64,000 nt of DNA from a bacterium (lineage in GTDB: Bacteria > Bdellovibrionota_C > UBA2361 > RFPC01). The position numbers and the translations under genes are program-made. The stretch covers positions 7,649 to 71,648 of the forward strand of contig RFPC01000005.1 in NCBI GenBank assembly GCA_009926305.1, in the 5' to 3' direction. The notes under the pieces were generated by a model. The model was given only the letters and a program-made list of their open reading frames with translations, was not told the origin of the DNA and ran no database searches. Shown piece by piece: positions 29,153 through 37,371 of this stretch. How positions within the stretch are numbered: position 1 is the first letter of the stretch; each line of letters opens with the position of its first letter.

Positions 29153-29361
29153 GCCACTTCTCCTGTAGAACCTACTGTACTGTTGATTTCAAATAACCTT
29201 TCCTGATCAGTCTTACTGAGCTCTTCGATACATGAGACCAGATCTAACAACCCTGCTTGGAGTAATAGTCGAGTCTGTGTAGCTGGAACATCCTCAACGA
29301 GCGTAAGCAGCTCTTGAATCGTATCCAGTGCCTGGTATCGTGTTTCTTTTATCGAATTCAC
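29149..29361 (-). CDS. Small hypothetical protein translationally coupled to the sigma factor
   Basis: GTG at 29361 with a GAAGGAG RBS; ATGA overlap with the sigma start; 70 aa, helical. Confidence 0.6.
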   Translation of the reverse strand: MNSIKETRYQALDTIQELLTLVEDVPATQTRLLLQAGLLDLVSCIEELSKTDQERLFEINSTVGSTGEVA

Positions 29362-29617
29362 TTGATTTGCTCCTTCAACTCGCCTTGCCCCTAAACAAGG
29401 AAAGACGGTGTGTGTCAGAGGCATCCCCTGACAAACACTGGTCAGCACTAAAGGACTAGCCGCTTCATAAAAAGTGATAACATATTGTATTTATTCTCTT
29501 TATTTATGGCTTTTTTCAGTCACTCGCAAAGAAAGGCGACTTGGTTCAGAAGAGGTTTGTAAGGATGTGTCGGGTATGCGAAAAACAGGGACAGGCTAGC
29601 AAAATAGGCACCATCAA

Positions 29618-30424
29618 ATGAGTGAAGATACCCCGCAGGATGACCAAGAGGGTTTATCCATCGAAGAAGCAAACGCACTTGTCGAGGAACATCGAGGCTG
29701 GGCTGAGAGTATAGCTCGGTCGGTTGCTCGTGGTTGGAACCTTGACTGGCAAAATGACGGACTCGATGGAGCTGCGATGGAGGCTCTGATCTTTTGCTCG
29801 AGACGGTTTAATCCAGAGCGTGGCATCCCGTTTCGTGGCTATGCAAGACGAAGAATACATGAAGCCTCTACTGAAGCAGCCCGAGTATCAAAAGGCTGGA
29901 CACGCTCGGGGTCTGATACACAGTTTGAACGACTTGCTAAAGAGGTATCGATTGAACTTTTTGAACTCTTTCCCGAACTTCGCAGTGGAGCTATTCCTAT
30001 GTCGCTTGACCAAGAGGAAGGCGATAAGGCAATGCGCGCGAGCATCAGACAACTCTTAATCGGCGCAACTCTCGTCACCACGCGACAGGGGCTCGCCTCA
30101 GCTTCGCTCGATGATATCGTTGATACGAAACGAATGGTGACCTTCTTAGCGCATCTGGAAGTAATTCATCAAATAATCATATGGCGAATGTATTGGCATG
30201 GGGATTCAATGAGAGCAATCGCATCCGAGTGGGAAATGGACGAGCTGAATGTAATCCGAGAACATAAGGCCCTTGTCGACCATTTACAGAGGGCAATCGA
30301 AAAAAACAGCTCCTTTGAACCGCTAAAAGTCCGACCTGCACTCAGGCCGCTCTCTATTGAAATGAAACAAAGAAAGCAGGCGGGCCCCTTTACAGAACTC
30401 TATGCGCAAGGACAGAAAACGTAA
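29618..30424 (+). CDS. Second, more divergent sigma-70 (FliA-like) factor
   Basis: Region 2 LVEEHRGWAESIAR...RRFNPERGIPFRGYARRRI; degenerate region 4 MYWHGDSMRAIASEW. Confidence 0.7.
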   Translation: MSEDTPQDDQEGLSIEEANALVEEHRGWAESIARSVARGWNLDWQNDGLDGAAMEALIFCSRRFNPERGIPFRGYARRRIHEASTEAARVSKGWTRSGSDTQFERLAKEVSIELFELFPELRSGAIPMSLDQEEGDKAMRASIRQLLIGATLVTTRQGLASASLDDIVDTKRMVTFLAHLEVIHQIIIWRMYWHGDSMRAIASEWEMDELNVIREHKALVDHLQRAIEKNSSFEPLKVRPALRPLSIEMKQRKQAGPFTELYAQGQKT

Positions 30425-30497
30425 TGGCCTTTACGCCTCAGGGAAATATCAAAAACCAGTAAGGGAAAAAATCCAGAATGACTGTAGGAAAACAAAA

Positions 30498-30848
30498 ATG
30501 AGCGATGAAAAAGACAAGAAAAACGTCAAGGGAATCAGTAAAACACAGAAGACCACTTCCGTATCAAAAGTTGATAACATTGAAGAGGTAAAGAAAGTTG
30601 GAAAAACAACTGGTGTAAAACGCTCCGGCAAAACTCCGCAGGCTGGCGACAACCTGCAACGCCTGCGATTTGAAGACCGCGAGAAACTTTTAGGAATGGT
30701 TGATGAAGAAGCAAAAAACCTATTCCGCTCAAGCAAGTTGCCAGAGGAGCAAAAACGCCTTATCCGAGAAGCAGTAAAAATGGCGATTGATTCAGCACTT
30801 GTTGAGGAAGATGATACCAAGAAGACAAAAGAGGACGAAAAGAATTAA
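30498..30848 (+). CDS. Small Lys-rich protein, possible FlgM-like anti-sigma
   Basis: Disordered K/T/S-rich N-half, helical C-half (KRLIREAVKMAIDS); directly downstream of the sigma factor. Confidence 0.5.
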   Translation: MSDEKDKKNVKGISKTQKTTSVSKVDNIEEVKKVGKTTGVKRSGKTPQAGDNLQRLRFEDREKLLGMVDEEAKNLFRSSKLPEEQKRLIREAVKMAIDSALVEEDDTKKTKEDEKN

Positions 30849-30911
30849 TGCACGAGATGCTCCTTGCAGAAACGGCGAGAATTCAACGTTCACAAAAAAA
30901 GAGGATCGGCA

Positions 30912-31448
30912 TTAGGAAGTCTTTGAAGAACCGCCTGTTAGCCGTTCCTCGAAACGCAGCACCTGAGCTTCGTATAGCTGCCGAAGCTCAGGTCGCATTC
31001 GCTCACTAGCAGCTAGTCGATCTGAAACTTCTCCCAGATATGTTCCCCCAGTCTGAAAGTCTTTTAATTGAAAATGCGCCAAGACGAGGAATAACAAGGC
31101 TTCCATCGAAGAGTTCCGTAATTCAAGAGCTCGATGAGCAGCCGAGATAGTCTCCCCGTAATCTTCCCTCATCAAAGAGGCATACGCTATTACCAGCCAT
31201 GCATTTACATGCGTCGGCTCTATCGACACGAGCCCTCTGGCGACTCTCTCAGCAGTGGCAATCTCTCCGCTTTCTATAAATATTCGACTCAGGGAATAGA
31301 GTGCATCCAGCTCTGTTGTGGAATAACCATGGCGAACAATCGCTCGATCCCCCCGAGGCGAGAGTGCTTTTGACGATTCCATCGGTTGATTACCACCACT
31401 TACTTCCTCATCCGAAATAGTGGCCTCGGACTTGTTCTCATTTGCCAT
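30912..31448 (-). CDS. TPR protein resembling T3SS SycD/LcrH (or SctY)-class chaperones
   Basis: GYSTTELDALYSL followed by three TPR-like helical pairs; lies at the end of the sct operon. Confidence 0.65.
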   Translation of the reverse strand: MANENKSEATISDEEVSGGNQPMESSKALSPRGDRAIVRHGYSTTELDALYSLSRIFIESGEIATAERVARGLVSIEPTHVNAWLVIAYASLMREDYGETISAAHRALELRNSSMEALLFLVLAHFQLKDFQTGGTYLGEVSDRLAASERMRPELRQLYEAQVLRFEERLTGGSSKTS

Positions 31449-31707
31449 GATCATCTTCTTGTAAAGCAATCCAATCAATCGCAATCTTTAACATATCACG
31501 CTCATCACGCCTCTGTCGCTCTGATTCTCCCATAGTGACCCGCGAATTACTTGCGCCCTCCACCTCTTGCTCGACCCGTTCCATTCGCGCAAGTAACGCT
31601 GCACGTAACTTTGGAAGCTCACCAGCATTCTTGCCTTGCGGGACGAGCGCCAACAAGGGGAGTCGTGTTTCATCATGAAACATGAGTTCCTCAATTCGAC
31701 TTTTCAT
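31438..31707 (-). CDS. Small hypothetical coiled-coil protein in the T3SS-like operon
   Basis: 89 aa with a purine-rich RBS; overlaps the start of the TPR gene. Confidence 0.6.
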   Translation of the reverse strand: MKSRIEELMFHDETRLPLLALVPQGKNAGELPKLRAALLARMERVEQEVEGASNSRVTMGESERQRRDERDMLKIAIDWIALQEDDHGK

Positions 31708-31750
31708 CTTCTTCCCTTTGAATTACCGATTCGCAGTATTCTTTTTAATC

Positions 31751-32293
31751 TTAGCTATCACTTGGCCCCTTCAGAAAGGACTTTTGTATAAACACAAGAA
31801 GAATATTTAAAAATCCTAAACTTACCACCAAGATCATAGCAACTAAAAACAGATAGGAGTACTCTAGGATTTCGCCTAAATCCCCGTCAGACCGATATAA
31901 AAGTGACTCTTGAATGAGCTTGGGGAAAAGAAAATAGACTGCTGCAAAAAAAGCTGAAATGAACACTCCACTGAACAGGAAGTACGCTCCTAAGAGAAAG
32001 AACGTGCTCCAATAGGTGCGTGACTGACTCTCTCCTGATGACCAAATAAAAGTATGAGCAGCTTTAGAAAACAGGACTATTGGGACAATTAGTAAGGGAA
32101 GAGCAATGACCAACACTATCTCTCGACCACATGCTGATAAACACTCTGCAAGATGACCCTCTAGACACGGCTTTATGGTGAGTGAGAGCTCTTTGAGGAG
32201 AGCCTGATAAACGAAAGGGGAAAAGCAAAAAAACGCCACTGAGCAGAGTGTCAGTGTTGCTACGGCATTCCTAAAAGCTGATTCAGACTTCAC
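31751..32293 (-). CDS. Membrane protein, probable truncated SctU/FlhB-like (membrane part only)
   Basis: Position after R-S-T; about 4 TM segments; N-terminal KS..F..AV resembles the FlhB TM1 entry; no NPTH motif or cytoplasmic domain. Confidence 0.45.
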   Translation of the reverse strand: MKSESAFRNAVATLTLCSVAFFCFSPFVYQALLKELSLTIKPCLEGHLAECLSACGREIVLVIALPLLIVPIVLFSKAAHTFIWSSGESQSRTYWSTFFLLGAYFLFSGVFISAFFAAVYFLFPKLIQESLLYRSDGDLGEILEYSYLFLVAMILVVSLGFLNILLVFIQKSFLKGPSDS

Positions 32294-32308
32294 TCGATTA
32301 TTATCCTA

Positions 32309-32926
32309 TTAACCGGGCAGTAATAGCTCGTGGAGAAAATATTGGCTTATCGATTGACAAGAAATGGCCAGAAGCAAGAGCACCAGAGGAACAACTGCAA
32401 TCTGATACGTGATGGAAAAGCTAAGCTCTACTCTATTTCTTCTTACTATTAGGGGGATACTCACGAGGTACACAATGAAAGCGAGAAGTGCGTATACAAG
32501 TACATAGGCACAACCCACAAGAATGCCCCACTTCAGAACCATTGAAGTGAAATATGAAAATACAGAGAGAAGAACTTCGGCACGGTGCCGCATGTATATC
32601 TCCACAATGCCATGGAGCACGTCTTCACTGAGCAGCTCCGGCAGTAAGAACATCATCACGACACACGGAAGCCACCTGTAACACATGTGATCTTCAAAAA
32701 GGTCCCGAAGTCCAACCCTCTCGAAAAGACAACTTATAAGAAGCCAAGTGAGCGGGATAGCACACAGTGCAACGACCGCACACAATAACCCCAAAAAGGA
32801 AAAGGGGACCTGAATACTCACGAGGAGAAGACATAGGACAAGACACGGCGCTGCAATGACCGTCATGACTGGAGAGAGGACACAACCGAGAAAGAGTCCA
32901 GCCCCTGCTATTGCAAACTCAGTCAT
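32309..32926 (-). CDS. Polytopic membrane protein, probable divergent SctT/FliR
   Basis: Highly hydrophobic 205 aa immediately after sctS; C-terminal R..V.LSF.I.....VPL resembles the FliR/SctT end; the assignment rests mainly on synteny. Confidence 0.5.
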   Translation of the reverse strand: MTEFAIAGAGLFLGCVLSPVMTVIAAPCLVLCLLLVSIQVPFSFLGLLCAVVALCAIPLTWLLISCLFERVGLRDLFEDHMCYRWLPCVVMMFLLPELLSEDVLHGIVEIYMRHRAEVLLSVFSYFTSMVLKWGILVGCAYVLVYALLAFIVYLVSIPLIVRRNRVELSFSITYQIAVVPLVLLLLAISCQSISQYFLHELLLPG

Positions 32927-32954
32927 CCTACGACACCCTGCTCACAATCCGAGC

Positions 32955-33200
32955 CTATCCTACCACCAGGTAGAGCGTTCTCGTCTCTTCGATAAAAAAA
33001 TTAATCATAGGGGCTCCCAGCAAAATTAATGCAAAAAGCGCCCCGATAACTCTTAGTGCATAGTTTAAGGTGTAATCTTGGATCGAGAAGAAGCCCGTTA
33101 AGAGATAGCCCAATAGCCCAAATCCAACGATACATCCCGTTACGGGAACCCCCACTATGAGAAACATCCGAATTATCGTTGAGAATACATTCAATTCCAT
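32955..33200 (-). CDS. sctS: Type III export gate subunit SctS/FliQ-like
   Basis: 81 aa, 2 TM; P...V.FGLL...FSIQDYTLNYALR matches the FliQ GL...QIQEQTLSF.PK pattern. Confidence 0.75.
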   Translation of the reverse strand: MELNVFSTIIRMFLIVGVPVTGCIVGFGLLGYLLTGFFSIQDYTLNYALRVIGALFALILLGAPMINFFIEETRTLYLVVG

Positions 33201-33205
33201 GACAT

Positions 33206-33868
33206 TTATCCTGAAATGTAATCTCCGGCTAGCCTCTGGATTAACATCCCCCAACCATCGACAACCAGAAAAAGAAGAAGCTTCATTGGCAATGAAAAAC
33301 ATAAAGCTGGCAACTGTGTCATTTGCAACAACTGCATCACGTGCACCACGAGGAGATCAATGATCACAAATGGCAAAATGAAGAGAACTCCAAGCTGAAA
33401 TGCGCCCTCGAGCTCATCCAAGAGAAAACTTACAAGTACAGGATAAAACCCTGACTGCTTCCCTATCTGCTCAGGGTTCGGTGCCGATTCCGTCATTCCC
33501 GCACTACTCTTCACTGGCGCTTGAAACTTATCTCGAAGTTCAGACTGCAGCCGTGATATCTCCTCCCTGCGTTCGGGATCCGTTCTTTGCTCAAGAAACG
33601 GCACAATACGTTGCTCAAGCATACTCTCTCTTTGTTCTGGAGCAGAGAGGGTTGTCATCAGATTACCTACAGGGACAACAGAATCAACCACAAAGAGAGC
33701 GAGAACGGCTGAAAAAATCATAACAACCACGCCCACGGTAGCGCCATGAAACCCGAGGCCAATACGAAAAATTTGAAGAGTCGTAAAACTCTTTAAGAAT
33801 CCCCCCGTAAGAAGGACTAAAATGATGAGAGCTATCTGATAACTCGCTGCGTTTGCATCAATTCCCAT
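33206..33868 (-). CDS. sctR: Type III export gate subunit SctR/FliP-like
   Basis: SFLLDELEGAFQLG..FILPFVIIDLLV, SLPMKLLLFLVVDGW; no N-terminal FliP signal peptide, so SctR-type. Confidence 0.88.
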   Translation of the reverse strand: MGIDANAASYQIALIILVLLTGGFLKSFTTLQIFRIGLGFHGATVGVVVMIFSAVLALFVVDSVVPVGNLMTTLSAPEQRESMLEQRIVPFLEQRTDPERREEISRLQSELRDKFQAPVKSSAGMTESAPNPEQIGKQSGFYPVLVSFLLDELEGAFQLGVLFILPFVIIDLLVVHVMQLLQMTQLPALCFSLPMKLLLFLVVDGWGMLIQRLAGDYISG

Positions 33869-33935
33869 GAAGGGTATTGTGAAGAAAAGAACGTCATTTC
33901 ACTAGCCGCTATTTTCAGACGCTCATCGACTGGGA

Positions 33936-33953
33936 AGACCGTTCGAACGGTCT
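33936..33953. promoter_or_regulatory. Perfect 18-bp palindrome AGACCGTTCGAACGGTCT between sctQ and sctR
   Basis: Self-complementary sequence in a 107-bp intergenic gap. Confidence 0.45.
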
Positions 33954-33975
33954 CTTTCATGATTATCTCTATCCG

Positions 33976-35022
33976 CTATTGCTCTCCGATGACCTTTACA
34001 AAGAGCTGAGACTCATAGGCAACCAGAATCCCATGTCCGACCTTTTTATGCGCGACAGAAATATGAATTTTAGGCTGTTTCGCAGAAGATGCGAGCTTAT
34101 GAAGCGCACCCGGCTGGGAAAGAAGAGCACTCTCAGCTTTTGAAAGTTCTATCTCCTCTAGCTCAAACGTTACAGAAGTCATTCCATCAGCATTCGCGAT
34201 GCCTTCGTTCGCTTCTCCTCTTGCTTGAAAAACGAGTTGATCATCGTGAGTGAAAAGTGATCCCTCAAGCCATGGCTGCTCATCCATGAGCAACACGACT
34301 GAATCGCTACCACCAAAATTGATCGGAAGCGTCTTGCCAGGAACAAGGCTATCACCTACCTCCGAGGGGAGAAATGCAGTGCTCCCAAAAACAACCCTCA
34401 CACGTGCCCTCTCCTCAGCAGAAGGTATTCCTTTTAATATTTGTGTAATCCACAATTGATCGAGCCTATCCATCAGCCCTTGGCTTATTCCTATAACAAG
34501 CGAAAGCTCCTCGCCATTCAGCCGAAAATCAAGCCGAACGCCACCAACGCAAGCCTCTGAAGGAGCACTAACATCACTTTGAAAGCGGAAGACGCCCCCT
34601 TCGTTCGCACTCCAAGATGACGCAAGGCTCGTCATGAATCTTCTTGCAAAATATTCTATCATCAGATGTTTAGCGGTAAGGGATGCGGCTGGAGCTTGAG
34701 TTCTCGTAATACATTCAGACAAGGACCTCGGAATAAAAAGAGAAACAGTCTCTCCATCAAGACTCCCATGAAAGGCGACTCCCTCTCCGGCATCGAGATC
34801 TATGAGCGGAGTAGTTCCGCACTTTTCATGATGTATATCGAAGGTGTGAAAAAGCGGTAGCCAATGAGCAGTAAATCCAGGAAACCATACCTCTGGTTGG
34901 GACCGAAGAAAGCCTCTTGAGAAACGGATATCCTCAGCACTTACCGCTGATAGCTCAGTTAACGGATCCCATGCCCGAAAGTCACTCTCCCCGTACTGTT
35001 GTTCATCCGACGCAATCGACAT
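33976..35022 (-). CDS. sctQ: SctQ/FliM-FliN-like cytoplasmic ring protein with two degenerate SPOA domains
   Basis: SPOA-like segments VRVVFG...LVPGKTL...LEGSL and VTFELEEIEL...QPGAL...IHISVAHKKVGHGILV; position directly upstream of sctR. Confidence 0.65.
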   Translation of the reverse strand: MSIASDEQQYGESDFRAWDPLTELSAVSAEDIRFSRGFLRSQPEVWFPGFTAHWLPLFHTFDIHHEKCGTTPLIDLDAGEGVAFHGSLDGETVSLFIPRSLSECITRTQAPAASLTAKHLMIEYFARRFMTSLASSWSANEGGVFRFQSDVSAPSEACVGGVRLDFRLNGEELSLVIGISQGLMDRLDQLWITQILKGIPSAEERARVRVVFGSTAFLPSEVGDSLVPGKTLPINFGGSDSVVLLMDEQPWLEGSLFTHDDQLVFQARGEANEGIANADGMTSVTFELEEIELSKAESALLSQPGALHKLASSAKQPKIHISVAHKKVGHGILVAYESQLFVKVIGEQ

Positions 35023-35051
35023 GAATTACTCTTCTAATATTCTCTAAACCC

Positions 35052-35312
35052 TCATTCCTGCAAACGTTCATCCTTCACATCAGCAGTTCGACTTTGCAAC
35101 TCTTCTAATGCACGTCTCAGCGCGTCGCCCGCTAAAATGTTCCTGAACTCTGGCGATGCGGCCACAAAATCTTTCGCTGCCTTTGCCAGCTCTTCACCTG
35201 CTAACGAATCATTGTCAAGATAAAGCTCGGCCTCATGTCCATCGAGCAGCACTGCTATTGCTACCATTGCTCGCTGATGCGCTGAAAGGGAACGAAATTT
35301 CTCGAGCTTCAT
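35052..35312 (-). CDS. Small protein resembling the FliG N-terminal helix bundle (SctK position)
   Basis: LSAHQRAMVAIAVLLDGHEA resembles FliG LSG.QKAAILL..LG.E.A; ATGA overlap with sctJ. Confidence 0.45.
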   Translation of the reverse strand: MKLEKFRSLSAHQRAMVAIAVLLDGHEAELYLDNDSLAGEELAKAAKDFVAASPEFRNILAGDALRRALEELQSRTADVKDERLQE

Positions 35313-36217
35313 AGTTGCGACCTCCGATCATCATCACGAACATCGAACGGTTGTAACTGTAAGGGCTCGCCGTTACGGAACGAATCAAGGGAAGACATTT
35401 GGCCCCGAGAGGCAGTGGTAATGACGCCAAACCAATATCCCCCGAAAATCCCTGCAACAGCAACAAGCACCAAGACACCAAGAAGTGAGAGCACGATAGC
35501 TGGATAATCTGCTGCTGCCACTTTCCAGCCAAAGAATAATTCAACCCAATCGAACTTCTCTCCGTCGAGGCTAGCCTCACTAACTCCCTCCCCCTCTGGC
35601 TCATGAGAAAAAATCGCCAGATGAATCCTGTCGGCCTCTAGCTCTGGAATAATTGACTGTAGTAGGGCCTGTATTTCCGAGCGAGGAGCGAGAGAGGCAT
35701 CTTTTACTTTCAAAACGACCGATGCTCCGCGATCTTCCTTCACGACTTGAAGATCATCTGTATTCGTCTTCTTTGCCGGTCTCTCAGAATGGAGTCGCAA
35801 CACGACTCGAGCAGAGGCGACATCAGGAAGATTCTCTAAGAGGGACTCTATCTGTAGTGAACGCGCAAAATCTAAGCGCACCGCTTCTACCATGCGCGAA
35901 TCCGGAAGAAATGAACTGGTCGAGAGGGTGGAGAGAACTTCACTGCGAGAGGACTCAGGAATTCCCTTCTCGTGCAAGATTCGGATGGCCGTAGAGAAAT
36001 CTCTGGGAGCAACCTCCACCAAGAAATTGCCAACTCCTCTTCTCTTCCGAGTGAATGAAGCTTCAATGCCGTTCTTGCTCAGCACTGCTACCACTTCTCG
36101 AGCTTGGTCTTGAGAAATGTCCTCAGCAACGGGAACGTCCGAACAGCCCATCATCAAGAGGCTCATGACCACAGCAGCAAAACAATAAACACACAGTCTT
36201 TTATTCACGTGAGTCAT
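35309..36217 (-). CDS. sctJ: SctJ/PrgK-family inner-membrane ring lipoprotein
   Basis: Lipobox LMMGC; ISQDQAREVVAVLSKNGIEA, VEVAPRDF..A..IL...G.P, LPDVASARV, ASVVL; C-terminal TM segment. Confidence 0.85.
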   Translation of the reverse strand: MTHVNKRLCVYCFAAVVMSLLMMGCSDVPVAEDISQDQAREVVAVLSKNGIEASFTRKRRGVGNFLVEVAPRDFSTAIRILHEKGIPESSRSEVLSTLSTSSFLPDSRMVEAVRLDFARSLQIESLLENLPDVASARVVLRLHSERPAKKTNTDDLQVVKEDRGASVVLKVKDASLAPRSEIQALLQSIIPELEADRIHLAIFSHEPEGEGVSEASLDGEKFDWVELFFGWKVAAADYPAIVLSLLGVLVLVAVAGIFGGYWFGVITTASRGQMSSLDSFRNGEPLQLQPFDVRDDDRRSQL

Positions 36218-36262
36218 GGGGTTTTCCTCTAAGCCTCTCGAACGTAACGTGAGAGCGGTATC

Positions 36263-37345
36263 CTAACCTCGCGGTAAAGATGGAATAAGCGTCACCAGAA
36301 ACTCTTGCTCACCAAAACGTACCCAGTCTCCATGACCGAGTATGATGGCTTCTTCTTCTTTCCGATAGATGGCATCACCTTCCCGACGGACAAAAACACC
36401 TGTCTCACTCATGAGATCCTGTACAAGCAATCCATACTCATCAGAAAGTGTCATGAGCGCATGTGGTGTTGAAACAGAGGGATGATCAAGGACGAAATCT
36501 TTATCTTTCAGCGGTGTGCGACTGACAAAGAACTTCCCCTCTCTCAGCTCGTAGCCTACGCCGTTGGCAACCGAAAAACTGACAAGCCACCCATGCAATA
36601 ACCCTTGATTATCTTGAGCTTGCTGAGCTGCTACAGCTCCCCTAGCAGAGACGCCCTGTTCTCCCATCGCTCCATCTTGGTTTCTGCGCGGCGCTGATTC
36701 CTCTCGCCGCCGTCCTTGTCTCCTTTGTTCGCGCCACATACGAGACGCCTCTCCTTCAAAGGTTGCTTCAGCTTCATGAGAAGACTCATCGGGTGTCTTT
36801 TGTTTCGCTCTGCCACCGAAAGAGAGCCCTTTCTTGGACGAGCCTCGCTCCATTCTTACTCGCGGAGCAACAGATTCAGTTGATTCTTCCACTCGCGGCT
36901 GACGCGGCGCTTGAGTCACTAACGGTGCCTCATCATCATCGACAACATCATCGAAATCCTCTTCTAAAAACCCTGCTTCGTCCCCCGCCTCGAAAATGTC
37001 AGAGTCCATTTCCTCCACCAGGTCTTCCTCTTCCTCCTCCTGAATCGCTTCTGGATAATCACTCTCTTCTCTTATCGGCTCACTCGCAGCAAGCTCCTCG
37101 TCCTCTTCATCTTCAAAATCCTCAAGATATGCTCCAAGCGGATCATCAAAATCATCCTCAGCTTCAGCGGGAGCGCTTTCAAGGGCAGACTCAGGAGTTG
37201 AAAAGTCATCTTCCTCTGCACCTGATGCCAGCTCATCCTCTTCGAGTCCAGCTCCACACATTCTGCAACGAGTCGACACCGCCGGCACAAGACTCCGACA
37301 CGATGGACAACGAACAAAGGTTAATTCAGTGCTATCAGTGGCCAT
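36263..37345 (-). CDS. Zinc-ribbon + acidic disordered linker + FHA-domain protein
   Basis: CPSC...CRMC N-terminus; long D/E-rich region; C-terminal GWLV...VSR...VSTPHA...DLMSETG FHA fold; AAGGAG RBS. Confidence 0.8.
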   Translation of the reverse strand: MATDSTELTFVRCPSCRSLVPAVSTRCRMCGAGLEEDELASGAEEDDFSTPESALESAPAEAEDDFDDPLGAYLEDFEDEEDEELAASEPIREESDYPEAIQEEEEEDLVEEMDSDIFEAGDEAGFLEEDFDDVVDDDEAPLVTQAPRQPRVEESTESVAPRVRMERGSSKKGLSFGGRAKQKTPDESSHEAEATFEGEASRMWREQRRQGRRREESAPRRNQDGAMGEQGVSARGAVAAQQAQDNQGLLHGWLVSFSVANGVGYELREGKFFVSRTPLKDKDFVLDHPSVSTPHALMTLSDEYGLLVQDLMSETGVFVRREGDAIYRKEEEAIILGHGDWVRFGEQEFLVTLIPSLPRG

Positions 37346-37371
37346 TTTTTTCTCCTTTAGATAAAAACCCT

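Noticed and set aside
33976..34182. Internal translation start giving a short SctQ C-terminal product
   Set aside because: An in-frame ATG precedes the last SPOA domain, but there is no convincing RBS, so it cannot be supported from sequence alone.
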